Shown here in pieces: positions 27,809 through 38,311 of a stretch of DNA of 64,000 nt. The notes beneath the pieces were generated by a model. That model saw only the letters and a list, made by a program, of their open reading frames with translations, made no database searches and had not been told where the DNA came from. This DNA is from Bacteroidia bacterium (GTDB lineage Bacteria > Bacteroidota > Bacteroidia > NS11-12g > UBA9320), in assembly GCA_965655315.1 (NCBI GenBank), contig CBFHGJ010000008.1, forward strand, positions 10,959 through 74,958, written 5' to 3'. Position numbers and translations under genes: made by a program. The stretch's first letter is position 1, and each line of letters opens with the position of its first letter.

Positions 27809-30178
27809 ATGAGTAAACTCTATAGCACGCTAGGTATTTTAGGATTTGTAGTCTGTTTTTCGATTTCAGCTTTTGGGCAGCAGATGCCTATAATGGGAAA
27901 GATAACCGCAGCTAACTCAAACACCCCCCTTGGCTTTGTAACAGTCATGACATATGATGCTACTGATAGTTCAAGAATAGCATGTACTACAAGTCAGGAG
28001 AATGGAACGTTTAGTATTGAGGTAGAAAAGCCAGATATTTATCTAAGTTTCAGTTTTATGGGTTTTAAGACTCAGTACAAGTTAATCAATCTTTCTGGTA
28101 ATTCAGATACTAGGGTAGTAAACATAGCCCTTGAAGCTAATGAAGCGTCTCTAGATGGAATAGTAGTAAGAGCTGAAAAATCATCTACTGAGTTTAAGCT
28201 TGACAAACGAATTTTTAATGTAGGTAAAGATCTTAGCAGTACCGGAGCTAGTGCCCTTGAAGTGCTAAATAATGTACCTTCGGTAAACGTAAATATAGAA
28301 GGAGAAATAAGTCTACGTGGAAGTACAGGAGTTCAGGTACTGATAAATGGCAAACCATCTGTACTGGCTGGAGATGGCAATGCTTTAGGATCGATTGCCG
28401 CTGAGATGATTGATAAAATTGAAGTCATAACAAACCCTTCTGCCAAATATGATGCTGAGGGTACGTCAGGTATCATCAATATCGTCATAAAAAAGGAAGA
28501 ACGAGAAGGTTTAAATGGTTCGGTCAGTTTAAATACTGGAATCCCAGACAAGCATAGTTTCGGACTAAGCATGAACCGTAGAACTTCAAAATTCAATTTG
28601 TTCAGTCAGGCTGGGGTTGGATACAGACAGCTCCCTAGGGAACGGGAAAACATTAATCGTGATTTAACATCTAATACTTCTGTTATTAGCTCTGGAGTTG
28701 AGTACAGAAATGAGTTCTTTTATAATTTTAATCTAGGAGCAGATTATTACATAAACGATTCAAATGTGATTACGCTTTCTGGAAGTTTTGCTTATGAAAT
28801 TGAGGAACAACCATCAGAAACAAAATTTGATAGATTAGATGAGAATAATGAGCTAATTTCTAGTTGGAATAGGATAGAAGTGACTTCTGCCGATAATCCA
28901 AAATGGAACTATGAGTTGAACTATAAAAAGGATTTCAAGGACAAAAAAGATCACAATTTACTATTTTCCGCTATAGGGAAATTTTTTGGTAAGGATCAGA
29001 ATTCTAATTTTAGCAACGAGGAAATAGAAAAGTTTTCAGGAGTTCAAGAGCAACAGACAGCAACTAAGTTTGACGAAATGAGATACACGTTTAACTTGGA
29101 CTACATTAATCCAATTTCTGAAAAAATAACATTCGAGCTAGGATCTCAATTTGTGAGTATGGATGTAGGTAATGACTTCTCAGTAAGTAATTTAATTGGG
29201 AACGAGTGGGAAATTGATGACCGTCAAACAAATAACTTTGAGTTCATTCAGAATGTTCTAGGGGTTTACACCACTGGAGCATATGAAGATGACAAATGGG
29301 GTTTGAAGCTCGGACTTCGTGTGGAAAACACAGAGTTAAATACCCTGCTGCAAAACACAAATGAACGCAACAATCAGAATTATCTAAATTTTTTCCCTAC
29401 TGTACATTCATCCTATAAACTTACAGATTATTTTAGTGTTCAAGCAGGTTATTCGCGAAGAATATTCCGCCCTAGAATGCGTGATTTAAATCCGTTTTTT
29501 AATATCCGAAATGATTTCGCTATTCGCCAAGGAAATCCAAACCTATTGCCAGAGTTTACGGATTCTTATGAAGTATCTTCGATTTTCACCAATAAGAAAC
29601 TTTCTTTAAATACAAGTTTATATGTTAAATATACTACCAATAAAATTGATCGTGTAGCCATTGTAGAAGAGAATGTCAGTAGAACCGCCCCATACAATAT
29701 TGGGACCAGTCAATCTACTGGTATAGAGATTAATGGTAAGTATTCATTTTCAAACAGAGTCTCGTTTAATGGAGATTTCAACTATAGTATTTTTGAAAGA
29801 GTCGGTTCTTTTGAAGGAACGGATTTCGACTTTACAGCAGCAATCTGGACATCTAAAATCACGGGAAAGGTAAAACTACCATTTGATTTCGATATAGAAA
29901 GTACCGGGCAATTTAGATCCAAAGTACAGACGGTTCAAGGAATTCAATCTGGTATGGTTTTCGCCAATATTGGAGTACGGAAAAAAATGATGAATGGGCG
30001 AACAATCCTTAGTTTAAGTGTTAGAGATATTTTCGCTTCACGCATTAACGAAACTGAGGCTATTCAACCAGAATTTTATCTATACAGTAGAAACCTGCGT
30101 GGCAGATTTATCACTTTTGGGTTTAGCTATGGCTTCGGTAAAGGTGAGGCTATGGAGTACACTGGCAGAAGGCGTTAA
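27809..30178 (+). CDS. TonB-dependent-receptor-like outer-membrane protein (CarboxypepD_reg domain + plug + beta-barrel)
   Basis: Signal peptide; N-terminal GKITAANSNTPLGFVTVM..NGTFSIE carboxypeptidase-regulatory fold; plug ALEVLNNVPSVNV..ISLRGS..VLINGKP; long barrel. Confidence 0.8.
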   Translation: MSKLYSTLGILGFVVCFSISAFGQQMPIMGKITAANSNTPLGFVTVMTYDATDSSRIACTTSQENGTFSIEVEKPDIYLSFSFMGFKTQYKLINLSGNSDTRVVNIALEANEASLDGIVVRAEKSSTEFKLDKRIFNVGKDLSSTGASALEVLNNVPSVNVNIEGEISLRGSTGVQVLINGKPSVLAGDGNALGSIAAEMIDKIEVITNPSAKYDAEGTSGIINIVIKKEEREGLNGSVSLNTGIPDKHSFGLSMNRRTSKFNLFSQAGVGYRQLPRERENINRDLTSNTSVISSGVEYRNEFFYNFNLGADYYINDSNVITLSGSFAYEIEEQPSETKFDRLDENNELISSWNRIEVTSADNPKWNYELNYKKDFKDKKDHNLLFSAIGKFFGKDQNSNFSNEEIEKFSGVQEQQTATKFDEMRYTFNLDYINPISEKITFELGSQFVSMDVGNDFSVSNLIGNEWEIDDRQTNNFEFIQNVLGVYTTGAYEDDKWGLKLGLRVENTELNTLLQNTNERNNQNYLNFFPTVHSSYKLTDYFSVQAGYSRRIFRPRMRDLNPFFNIRNDFAIRQGNPNLLPEFTDSYEVSSIFTNKKLSLNTSLYVKYTTNKIDRVAIVEENVSRTAPYNIGTSQSTGIEINGKYSFSNRVSFNGDFNYSIFERVGSFEGTDFDFTAAIWTSKITGKVKLPFDFDIESTGQFRSKVQTVQGIQSGMVFANIGVRKKMMNGRTILSLSVRDIFASRINETEAIQPEFYLYSRNLRGRFITFGFSYGFGKGEAMEYTGRRR

Positions 30179-30873
30179 CCTTCTATAATAAAGATTGCAG
30201 GCTTCTTATGGAGTTCAATTTCCCGAGGCTTCCACTGAGATATAGACTTTGATATAATGGTTTCTTTTCCTTCTTTTTCGATATCTACTGCCACACATAA
30301 TTTCGTATTGTTTTGTAAGTTTTTGATTAAGAATTCTAAAAACTGATTATTTCGGTAGGGGGCCTCCATGAAGATTTGAGACGCTTTTCTAGAACGCACT
30401 TCCATCTCTTTCAGAGCTATCATTCTATCTCGAGAATCCATTGGTAAATATCCGTTGAATTTAAAGTTTTGTCCATTGAATCCGCTAGCCATCAGGGCAA
30501 GAAATAAGGATGAACTACCCGCTAGAGGGATGACTTTCACTCCTTTTTGATGGGCATATTTAGCCACCTCACTACCAGGATCTGCAATAGCAGGCAAGCC
30601 AGCTTCTGAAAGCACGCCTATGGAGTGATTTGTGATATGGTCGTTAAAAAATGCTTTAAACCCTGCATAGTTATTGTGCTTATCTAATTCCATAAACACA
30701 AACTCATTTTGTGGTGTAGGGTGCTGAATAGCCTTCAGAAAAGCACGAGCTGTTTTTTCTCTTTCTACTATGAAATGAGTGATTTTATAGGTCTCTTCTA
30801 GAGTTCGCTTAGGTAAGTATTCTTTGTCAAATTCTCCTATAAAATTCGGGACGAGATATAACGCTGTGCTCAC
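30175..30873 (-). CDS. Tetrapyrrole-methylase-fold SAM-dependent methyltransferase (RsmI-like)
   Basis: GVLSEAGLPAIADPGSEV and IPLAGSSSLFLALMASGF motifs. GTG start. Its stop overlaps the receptor stop in the shared sequence TTAA. Confidence 0.7.
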   Translation of the reverse strand: MSTALYLVPNFIGEFDKEYLPKRTLEETYKITHFIVEREKTARAFLKAIQHPTPQNEFVFMELDKHNNYAGFKAFFNDHITNHSIGVLSEAGLPAIADPGSEVAKYAHQKGVKVIPLAGSSSLFLALMASGFNGQNFKFNGYLPMDSRDRMIALKEMEVRSRKASQIFMEAPYRNNQFLEFLIKNLQNNTKLCVAVDIEKEGKETIISKSISQWKPREIELHKKPAIFIIEG

Positions 30874-31049
30874 GTTGCAATATTACGATGAAAAATGGCC
30901 TAAGTAGAGTTTCTAAAGTAACCAAAATTAGCCTTCTTTAGGCAGGTTAAAATGGAATTATGGTGAAATGGTTTTCGGAAGGCAATAGTGTCCGACTATT
31001 TATCGAGTAAGAGATATCGTCCTTATGCTAGATTAAGGAGAAAGAAAGG

Positions 31050-31811
31050 CTAGTTTGCAGTCAAGAATTCTATAGCTTTTTGGTTGAAAATGTGTGGCTG
31101 CTCAACGTTTACGACATGCCCACATGCTGGGATTACCTGTAACATAGCACTTTCGTGGTCCTTTACTATTTTGGAGATACTTGGCAAAAACATATGATCT
31201 TGTTCCCCCATAATATAAAGTGTAGGAACACCAGCATCTTTAAACCGGAAATACTTCAGCAGAGGATTTATATCTGCTACAAGCGTAAACCAGCGTTTAA
31301 ACTCTTTTTGATATAGCTTTTTAGCTTCGTTTATAAATAAATTTCTACTCTCCTTATGCGAACTTTTAGGCATAATTATATGAGCAAAAAATCGGTAAAG
31401 CAGTAAATAAGGAACAACGGACTTGAGGAGCACTCCCACTCTCATAAGTATTTGGCCTCTGAAATTCATCTTCATAATAGCTCCTCCCATTATCATACTT
31501 CGCGTTCTTCCCGGGAAACGTTCTGTTATTTCTCTGATGATTATAGTCCCAAGTGAGATGCCTACCCAGTGAGTAGATTTTATTTTGAGATAATCCAGTA
31601 CCTCTATTACTTCATTTCCAATGTTGTCAAATTGGTAACGTTTTAACTTTTCGTAAATAGGTTTTTTAGATTTTCCGTGGCCGCGTAAATCAATTAGTAG
31701 AACGTTATAATGCTTCTGAAAAGCACGTACTTGTTTATACCAAATACTGCTACTTCCGCCAGCTCCGTGTATGAAAGTGACCCATTCGCTGCTAGGAGTG
31801 CTGCTATGCAT
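31050..31811 (-). CDS. Alpha/beta-fold hydrolase
   Basis: HGAGGSS oxyanion region, nucleophile elbow VGISLGT and a C-terminal GH. The ATG at 31811 is preferred to the GTG at 31826. Confidence 0.75.
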   Translation of the reverse strand: MHSSTPSSEWVTFIHGAGGSSSIWYKQVRAFQKHYNVLLIDLRGHGKSKKPIYEKLKRYQFDNIGNEVIEVLDYLKIKSTHWVGISLGTIIIREITERFPGRTRSMIMGGAIMKMNFRGQILMRVGVLLKSVVPYLLLYRFFAHIIMPKSSHKESRNLFINEAKKLYQKEFKRWFTLVADINPLLKYFRFKDAGVPTLYIMGEQDHMFLPSISKIVKDHESAMLQVIPACGHVVNVEQPHIFNQKAIEFLTAN

Positions 31812-31985
31812 GGTGTAGTGAAGCACGTTTAATGATAAAACAAATTAAATACAACATTCGTTTCTTTTTCCTATTTCTCGGTCATTTCCTGGGGAATACA
31901 GATTAGAATTAATCAGAGATAGTCTAGAAAAGTTGATCTTCTGACCGAGTAAGGAAATATCTTTTTCCAAAGCTATCATTGCACC

Positions 31986-34046
31986 ATGCAACCACCAGTA
32001 GCGAAAAAAAATCCGAAAGAATTACTTATTCATGGCGATTTGCGAGTAGATGATTATTTCTGGATGAACCAACGCGAAGATCCAGAGGTCATAGATTATT
32101 TAAATGCTGAAAATGCCTATACCAAGGAAGTTTTACAACCAACTGAGAATTTTCAGAAGGACTTGTATGAAGAAATGGTGGGAAGAATAAAGAAAGATGA
32201 TGAGAGTGTTCCTTTCAAAAAAAATGGATACTGGTACTATACCAGATTTATCACAGAAGGTGAATATCCTATTTACTGCCGAAAAAAAGGTGGAGAGTCA
32301 TTTGAGGAAGCGGGTGCAGAGGAGATAATCTTCAACGTAAATGATATGGCAAAGGACCACGCTTACTATCAATTAGGAAGCTTTGGGATAAGCATGGACA
32401 ACACCCTTTGTGTGTATAGTGAGGATACGGTAAGCAGGAGAATTTACACTTTAAGACTTAAGAATCTAGAAACGGGAGAATTACTAGATATGGAAATAAA
32501 GGGAACTACTGGAGGAGCTGTTTGGGCAAACGATAATAAGACAATCTTCTACACACTCAGGGATGAGAAAACGCTAAGGAGCTATAAAATTATGTCGTAT
32601 GACTTAGTCACAAAAGAGCATAAAGTAAGATATATAGAATCAGACGACACCTTCAATTGTGGAGTAGGAAAAAGTAAGAGCAAGAAGTATATTATCATAA
32701 GCAGCGGAGCAAGTATCACAAGTGAATATCAATTCATTCCAGCAGATAGACCTAGAGATGAATTCAAGATTTTCCAGCCTCGAGTAAGAGGAATGGAATA
32801 CAGCATTAGTCATTTTGAGAATAAGTGGTATATCTTGACCAATTGGGAGGCTCAGAATTTCAAACTTATGGAAACAGATGAAGTTTTAACTGAGCGGATG
32901 AACTGGAAAGAAGTCATTGCACACAGGCAGGATACCTTGATAGAAGGCTTAGAGATTTTCAAAAATCATATGGCGGTAGAGGAGCGTAGAAATGGTCAAA
33001 ATCACATGCGAGTTATCAATCAAGAAAACGGACAAGAGCATTATATGCAGTTCGAGTCAGAAACGTATGACTGTTGGTCAGGCATTAATCCTGAGTTTGA
33101 TACTGATATTTTGAGATTTGGCTATACCAGTATGACAACTCCAAGTAGCACCTTCAATTACAACTTGAATACAAGAGAAAAGACTCTCCTCAAGCAGCAA
33201 GAAGTAATAGGAGGATATGAGGAAAGCTTATATGAAAGTAAGCGTATTTGGGCCACGGCCCGAGATGGTGAAAAAGTCCCAATGAGTGTTGTTTATCGTA
33301 AGTTAGAAGAAGGAGACAACTCTAGGCCATTGAAACGTCCAACCCTTCTATACGCCTACGGTTCCTACGGACATTCACTTGATCCTTATTTTAGTTCTAT
33401 CCGACTGACTTTGCTAGACAGAGGGTTTGTTTATGTTATCGCACACATACGAGGAGGTGAAGACTTAGGCAGACCGTGGTATGAAAAAGGTAAATTGCTG
33501 AATAAGAAAAATACGTTCTACGACTATATAGACTGTGCTGAGCATCTAATCCAAGCAGGTATCACATTGCCAGATAAGCTCTATGCTCACGGTGGTAGTG
33601 CCGGTGGATTACTAATGGGAGCAGTGATCAATATGCGACCTGAATTATGGAAAGGTGTCATCGCTCAAGTTCCTTTTGTAGACGTAGTGACTACCATGCT
33701 AGATGATAGCATACCACTTACTACTGGAGAGTACGACGAGTGGGGAAATCCAAATGACGAGGAATACTATCACTACATAAAAAGTTACTCTCCGTATGAT
33801 AACGTAGAGGCAAAGAATTATCCGAATATGCTTATTACTACAGGATTACATGACAGTCAAGTGCAATACTGGGAGCCAGCAAAATGGATGGCAAAACTGC
33901 GAGAGCTAAAAACGGATGACAATATTCTTATTATGGATTGCAATATGGATACAGGCCATGGTGGAGCAAGCGGAAGATTTGAGGCGTTAAAAGATACTGC
34001 CAAAGAATTTGCCTTCTTATTTATGCTTGAAGGGATAGACGAATAG
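31986..34046 (+). CDS. ptrB: S9A prolyl-oligopeptidase-family serine peptidase, oligopeptidase B-like
   Basis: N-terminal propeller (DDYFWM..DPEVIDYLNAEN), catalytic GGSAGGLLMG, later D and H (GHGG); 686 aa. Confidence 0.85.
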   Translation: MQPPVAKKNPKELLIHGDLRVDDYFWMNQREDPEVIDYLNAENAYTKEVLQPTENFQKDLYEEMVGRIKKDDESVPFKKNGYWYYTRFITEGEYPIYCRKKGGESFEEAGAEEIIFNVNDMAKDHAYYQLGSFGISMDNTLCVYSEDTVSRRIYTLRLKNLETGELLDMEIKGTTGGAVWANDNKTIFYTLRDEKTLRSYKIMSYDLVTKEHKVRYIESDDTFNCGVGKSKSKKYIIISSGASITSEYQFIPADRPRDEFKIFQPRVRGMEYSISHFENKWYILTNWEAQNFKLMETDEVLTERMNWKEVIAHRQDTLIEGLEIFKNHMAVEERRNGQNHMRVINQENGQEHYMQFESETYDCWSGINPEFDTDILRFGYTSMTTPSSTFNYNLNTREKTLLKQQEVIGGYEESLYESKRIWATARDGEKVPMSVVYRKLEEGDNSRPLKRPTLLYAYGSYGHSLDPYFSSIRLTLLDRGFVYVIAHIRGGEDLGRPWYEKGKLLNKKNTFYDYIDCAEHLIQAGITLPDKLYAHGGSAGGLLMGAVINMRPELWKGVIAQVPFVDVVTTMLDDSIPLTTGEYDEWGNPNDEEYYHYIKSYSPYDNVEAKNYPNMLITTGLHDSQVQYWEPAKWMAKLRELKTDDNILIMDCNMDTGHGGASGRFEALKDTAKEFAFLFMLEGIDE

Positions 34047-34064
34047 TATTCTATATTTGAAATT

Positions 34065-34871
34065 GTGTGGAGATTCTCAACCATAATTTTTATACTAGGT
34101 GTTTATCAGTGTTTAGCTCAGATAGAAACAGATAGGCCAGACTTCACTGAAAGTCCTAATGTGGTCCCAAAAGGAGCTCTACAAGTAGAGACCGGGTTTA
34201 TTTTAGAGAACGACAAATCTACATTTCGGACCTTGGGGGTGCGAGAGGACAGAAACCTAACCTTAAATACAACCTTATTACGTTTTGGTCTAACTGAAAG
34301 CGTTGAAATTAGATTTAACTGGAATGTTCAACAGCAAAAAATTATTTTTATAAATCATCCCTTAATAGATTTTCCTCCAGATATCTTAGATCCAAGAAGA
34401 GGGTTTAACACATCGTTCATCGGTTTCAAAACGAATCTTTACAAGTCTGAAAAAGTCAGTATCGGTTTCCTTGGGCATTTATACATTCCAGAACTTACAT
34501 CGGGAGATTTCACTGCTCCAGACGATGTCAAAGTTGCACCTGAGTTTTTAATTCCTTTAACCTATAAGCTCGCCGAAAAGTTCAATATTTCTGTACAATA
34601 CGGACTGACTTGGAATGGTCTAACTCCAAATCCTACTACTAGTTACACTTTAGCTTTGGGGTATGGAATAACAGATAAGCTAAAAGTGTACATCGAGCCT
34701 TACGGATTCCTGACTAATAATGGAGATGAACTTCACTTGATTAATGGGGGATTTACCTACTTGATCAATAATGACATACAACTCGACCTAACCGGAGGTC
34801 TAGGATTAAATGAAATAGCACCTGATAACTTTGTAAACTGCGGAGCCTCCTTTTTGTTGTTCAATAAATGA
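34065..34871 (+). CDS. Outer-membrane channel of the 'MetA-pathway of phenol degradation'-type transporter family
   Basis: Signal peptide then QIETDRPDFTESPNVVPKGALQVETGF, the hallmark N-terminus of that family. GTG start 18 nt after ptrB. Confidence 0.6.
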   Translation: MWRFSTIIFILGVYQCLAQIETDRPDFTESPNVVPKGALQVETGFILENDKSTFRTLGVREDRNLTLNTTLLRFGLTESVEIRFNWNVQQQKIIFINHPLIDFPPDILDPRRGFNTSFIGFKTNLYKSEKVSIGFLGHLYIPELTSGDFTAPDDVKVAPEFLIPLTYKLAEKFNISVQYGLTWNGLTPNPTTSYTLALGYGITDKLKVYIEPYGFLTNNGDELHLINGGFTYLINNDIQLDLTGGLGLNEIAPDNFVNCGASFLLFNK

Positions 34872-35683
34872 GATTGATACTTCATATTACGATACTGCTT
34901 ATTTCTTCAATCGCATTCGCACAAATAGACACCGATCATCCTGCTTTTACAAATAGTGTAAATGTAGTACCACAAAAAAGCTTACAAATAGAAACCGGGT
35001 TAAAGTATGATTGGACAAAATTCTCTAGGTTCGTTTATTCAAGTCAGTTTGACCCACCACGTGTTATACAGTCCTTCGTTTTTCCATCTGCTAATTTGCG
35101 ATATGGATTATCTGAAAGCACAGAGGCGAGGCTATCCCTGCCCAATTTTGTATATCAGAATTTCAGTTTTCCTGATAATGATAGCACGGTAGTTTCCTCT
35201 TATTTCAGTATTCCACTTGTAATTGGTCTGAAACAAAGAATTTACAACGGGGATAAACTAAAACTTTCTAGTATGATCACATTGGTTGGGTACGGTACGG
35301 AAAGAGTAGAGACGCCAAGAAGATTTTGGGTTGAAGCTAGCGTGGATCTTATCTGGAGCTATCAACTAACAGATAAACTTAGGTCCGCGGGTACTTTTAT
35401 TTTTAGGCCTGAACTGGATGGAAATTATATAAATGGTGCGGCTTTAGTAGGCTACCAGGTTACTCCAAACTTTTGGATGCAAGGGGAGTATGTTTATGGA
35501 ATATTTAATAAATTTGACCAAGACCGGGGAAGATCCACAGGGACCATAAATTTATCAGCACAGAATACCATTACTGATTACAATGCAGTTGATTTGACAG
35601 TTGGTTCAACATTACTTAGATATTTACCTTGGAATTACTCCATACAGATTGGCTATTCTCATTTATTTAATCCAAAAAAATGA
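34868..35683 (+). CDS. Second, divergent outer-membrane channel of the same family
   Basis: QIDTDHPAFTNSVNVVPQKSLQIETGL. ATGA overlap with the upstream gene. Confidence 0.55.
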   Translation: MRLILHITILLISSIAFAQIDTDHPAFTNSVNVVPQKSLQIETGLKYDWTKFSRFVYSSQFDPPRVIQSFVFPSANLRYGLSESTEARLSLPNFVYQNFSFPDNDSTVVSSYFSIPLVIGLKQRIYNGDKLKLSSMITLVGYGTERVETPRRFWVEASVDLIWSYQLTDKLRSAGTFIFRPELDGNYINGAALVGYQVTPNFWMQGEYVYGIFNKFDQDRGRSTGTINLSAQNTITDYNAVDLTVGSTLLRYLPWNYSIQIGYSHLFNPKK

Positions 35684-36315
35684 AAAATATATTCGTATAT
35701 CTATTTTTACTATTACTCATAGTAGCCTGTGACAACACTTCCAAGTGGAAGACACAAGCACCGGCAGATCAAAATGCAGAATCTGAAGATTTATCTCCGT
35801 ATGAAAAGCAAATAGCTCATATTAGAGACAGTACTTCTGTTATGTTTCTCAGTGGGGCAAACGGAGTGTTAGAAAAAGGGGATATTTCTAAAATTGGAAC
35901 ATTACATTACTTCCCAGTTAATGAAAAATATAAGGTTCGAGCTGCCTTTACTGCCGTCGAAAATGGAGAAGTGTTTGAGATGCAAACTAGTACGGGTAGA
36001 CTTCCTGAGTATAGACGATTTGGCAAACTTGGTTTTGAAATACAGGGTCAGGAATTAGTATTGACAGTCTACCAAAATGTAGAACAACCGGATTATCTAT
36101 TCTTACCTTTCAAAGATTTGACCAATGGTAAAGAAAGTTATGGAGCTGGGAGGTATTTAGACTTTAAACTTGCTGATTTGAAAGAGCCGATTATTGATTT
36201 CAATTTAGCATATAATCCTTACTGTGCTTACAACAAGGATTTCTCCTGTCCTATACCACCGCGTGAAAATCATTTAGCTATTGCACTTCCAGCAGGAGAA
36301 AAGAAATGGCATTAG
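35680..36315 (+). CDS. DUF1684 family protein (lipoprotein)
   Basis: Lipobox LIVAC. YFPVNEKYKV, GAGRYLD and YNPYCAYNKDFSCPIPPRENHL match DUF1684. ATGA overlap with the upstream gene. Confidence 0.75.
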   Translation: MKNIFVYLFLLLLIVACDNTSKWKTQAPADQNAESEDLSPYEKQIAHIRDSTSVMFLSGANGVLEKGDISKIGTLHYFPVNEKYKVRAAFTAVENGEVFEMQTSTGRLPEYRRFGKLGFEIQGQELVLTVYQNVEQPDYLFLPFKDLTNGKESYGAGRYLDFKLADLKEPIIDFNLAYNPYCAYNKDFSCPIPPRENHLAIALPAGEKKWH

Positions 36316-36363
36316 TATCTCTGTCGTTTTACTACTTTTGTATCTGGAAAATCAAGACATTCT

Positions 36364-37317
36364 ATGGTGGATAAGGTACTGGTAATAGGAGCTTGCGGTC
36401 AAGTAGGGACAGAGCTAGTAGAAAATCTGCAAGGTATCTATGGTAGTGGCAATGTCGTAGCGAGCGATATTAGAACATCAGATAATCCAATATTCACTTC
36501 GAGTACATTTGAAATTCTAGATGTTTTAAACAAAGAGCAGATAAAGTCGGTCTTTTCTACTCATAAGCCAACGATAGTATATCATCTGGCAGCTTTATTA
36601 TCAGCAACTGCAGAGGCTAAACCAAAATTTGGATGGGAGCTAAATATGGATGGTACATTTAACATATTTGACGCTTGTTTAGAATACGGTGTTAAACGTA
36701 TTTTTTGGCCTAGTTCCATTGCGGTATTTGGGCCTACTACTCCTAGAGTAAATACTCCTCAAAGCACCATCTTAGAACCAAATACGATTTATGGCATCAC
36801 AAAACTTGCAGGAGAAAGATACTGTGAGTATTATCATACAAGATATGGGTTAGATGTAAGAAGTATCCGATACCCAGGCTTGATAGGTTGGAAATCATTA
36901 CCAGGAGGCGGAACTACCGATTATGCAGTTGAGATTTTTCATGAAGCGATTAAGAATAAGTCATACACAAGCTTTTTAAATAAGACCACCACGCTTCCAA
37001 TGATGCATATGGAAGATGCTGTTAGAGCCACATTAGAAATAACTGATGCTCCAGCAGAGAAGATAGGATTAAGGAGCAGCTATAATATTTCTGGTGTTTC
37101 TTTCAATCCTGAGGAGTTAGCTCAACAGATAAAACTGCATATTCCTGAATTCAAATTAAATTATATAATAGACTCTCGACAGAAAATAGCAGATGGTTGG
37201 CCTCAAAGTATTGATGATTCATTAGCTAGAAAACACTGGGGATGGAAAGAGAAGTTCAATTTAGAAGTTTTGGTCAAAAACATGCTAGATAATCTCAGTA
37301 GTTCAGAACTCACTTAA
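36364..37317 (+). CDS. tdh: Extended-SDR type L-threonine 3-dehydrogenase (UDP-glucose 4-epimerase-like TDH)
   Basis: VLVIGACGQVGTEL, AALLSATAE, SSIAVFGP, YGITKLAGE, IRYPGLIGW..PGGGTTDYAV and RQKIADGWPQSIDDS closely follow the remembered flavobacterial TDH sequence. Confidence 0.85.
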   Translation: MVDKVLVIGACGQVGTELVENLQGIYGSGNVVASDIRTSDNPIFTSSTFEILDVLNKEQIKSVFSTHKPTIVYHLAALLSATAEAKPKFGWELNMDGTFNIFDACLEYGVKRIFWPSSIAVFGPTTPRVNTPQSTILEPNTIYGITKLAGERYCEYYHTRYGLDVRSIRYPGLIGWKSLPGGGTTDYAVEIFHEAIKNKSYTSFLNKTTTLPMMHMEDAVRATLEITDAPAEKIGLRSSYNISGVSFNPEELAQQIKLHIPEFKLNYIIDSRQKIADGWPQSIDDSLARKHWGWKEKFNLEVLVKNMLDNLSSSELT

Positions 37318-37331
37318 AACAAAGGCCGATA

Positions 37332-38309
37332 ATGAAGAAGTTACTACTGGTTTTCGGCTCAATGTTCCTATGTGTTTCAGCCTTTGGACAGCTTAATACT
37401 TTAGGAAGTAACAAACCGCTCGGCTTTTTAAACCCAGCTTTACAGAACATAGACTATTCAAGGGGAATAATAAGTACTTCGTATCTGGTTAATCCGTTGG
37501 CGGAAGAGAATCAAACACCAGCTTACCTAGCTTTGGCTGAATTTGCCGTAGGGGATAATGTTCGTGTGGGAGTAAAATCACTAAGTATTGAAGACAGACT
37601 ATTTGGTGAAACGAAAATAGGAGTTTACTCTTCTTTTCGCTTACCATTAGCCCAATAAGGAAGCTTTTTTATGGTAGGCTTAAGTCTAGATGCTTTTAAT
37701 CATACCACTAAACTGCAAGAGTTTAGTAAGATTTTCACTCCGAACAAGTTTCGTTATAATCAGGATGGTAGTGAGGAAGGGAAAATGTCAGGTTTAGACT
37801 TGGGTTTTGGAATGGCGTATGAGTCAAATGGATTAGTTGTGGGTATAGGGATCAATAAGCTTAATAGACCTGAAAAATTCCTTTATCCAGACAATATTAT
37901 AGATACCGGTTCAATATCAAACCCTACTATAATTGATACTACTGTAATAATAGGTAAAGGCGTGTTTGCACTAGAGAACAATATCATTGTAATGTATACT
38001 TGGGATGCTAATCGGAATATTAGAATTACACACTCATTGCATTTAGCCAACTTTCGATTTGGAGAACTGGATTACATTGGTTTTCAGAATGTGGCAGAGA
38101 TAGCTAGTAGACACTCATTGGGATTAGGTGCATTTTATAATGGCAGTGCTGGATTCATAATCACTGGAGGTTTTGGTATCACAGAAAGCTTACGATTAGA
38201 AGCTTCTGCATTTATTGTTGAAGACCTAAATTATGACTTTAGAACTGAAGATTACGCAAGTTCAGGAATTGCTCCATTAATAGAGGGAAGTTTACAATTC
38301 AGATTTTAA
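37332..38309 (+). pseudogene. PorP/SprF-like outer-membrane beta-barrel gene interrupted by one in-frame TAA (37656-37658)
   Basis: ORFs 37332..37658 and 37671..38309 are in the same frame and separated only by ..RLPLAQ-TAA-GSFFMVGLSLDAF... Combined length is about 325 aa with a signal peptide, GFLNPAL near the N-terminus and a ..LQFRF C-terminus. The family call is tentative. Confidence 0.5.
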
Positions 38310-38311
38310 TC

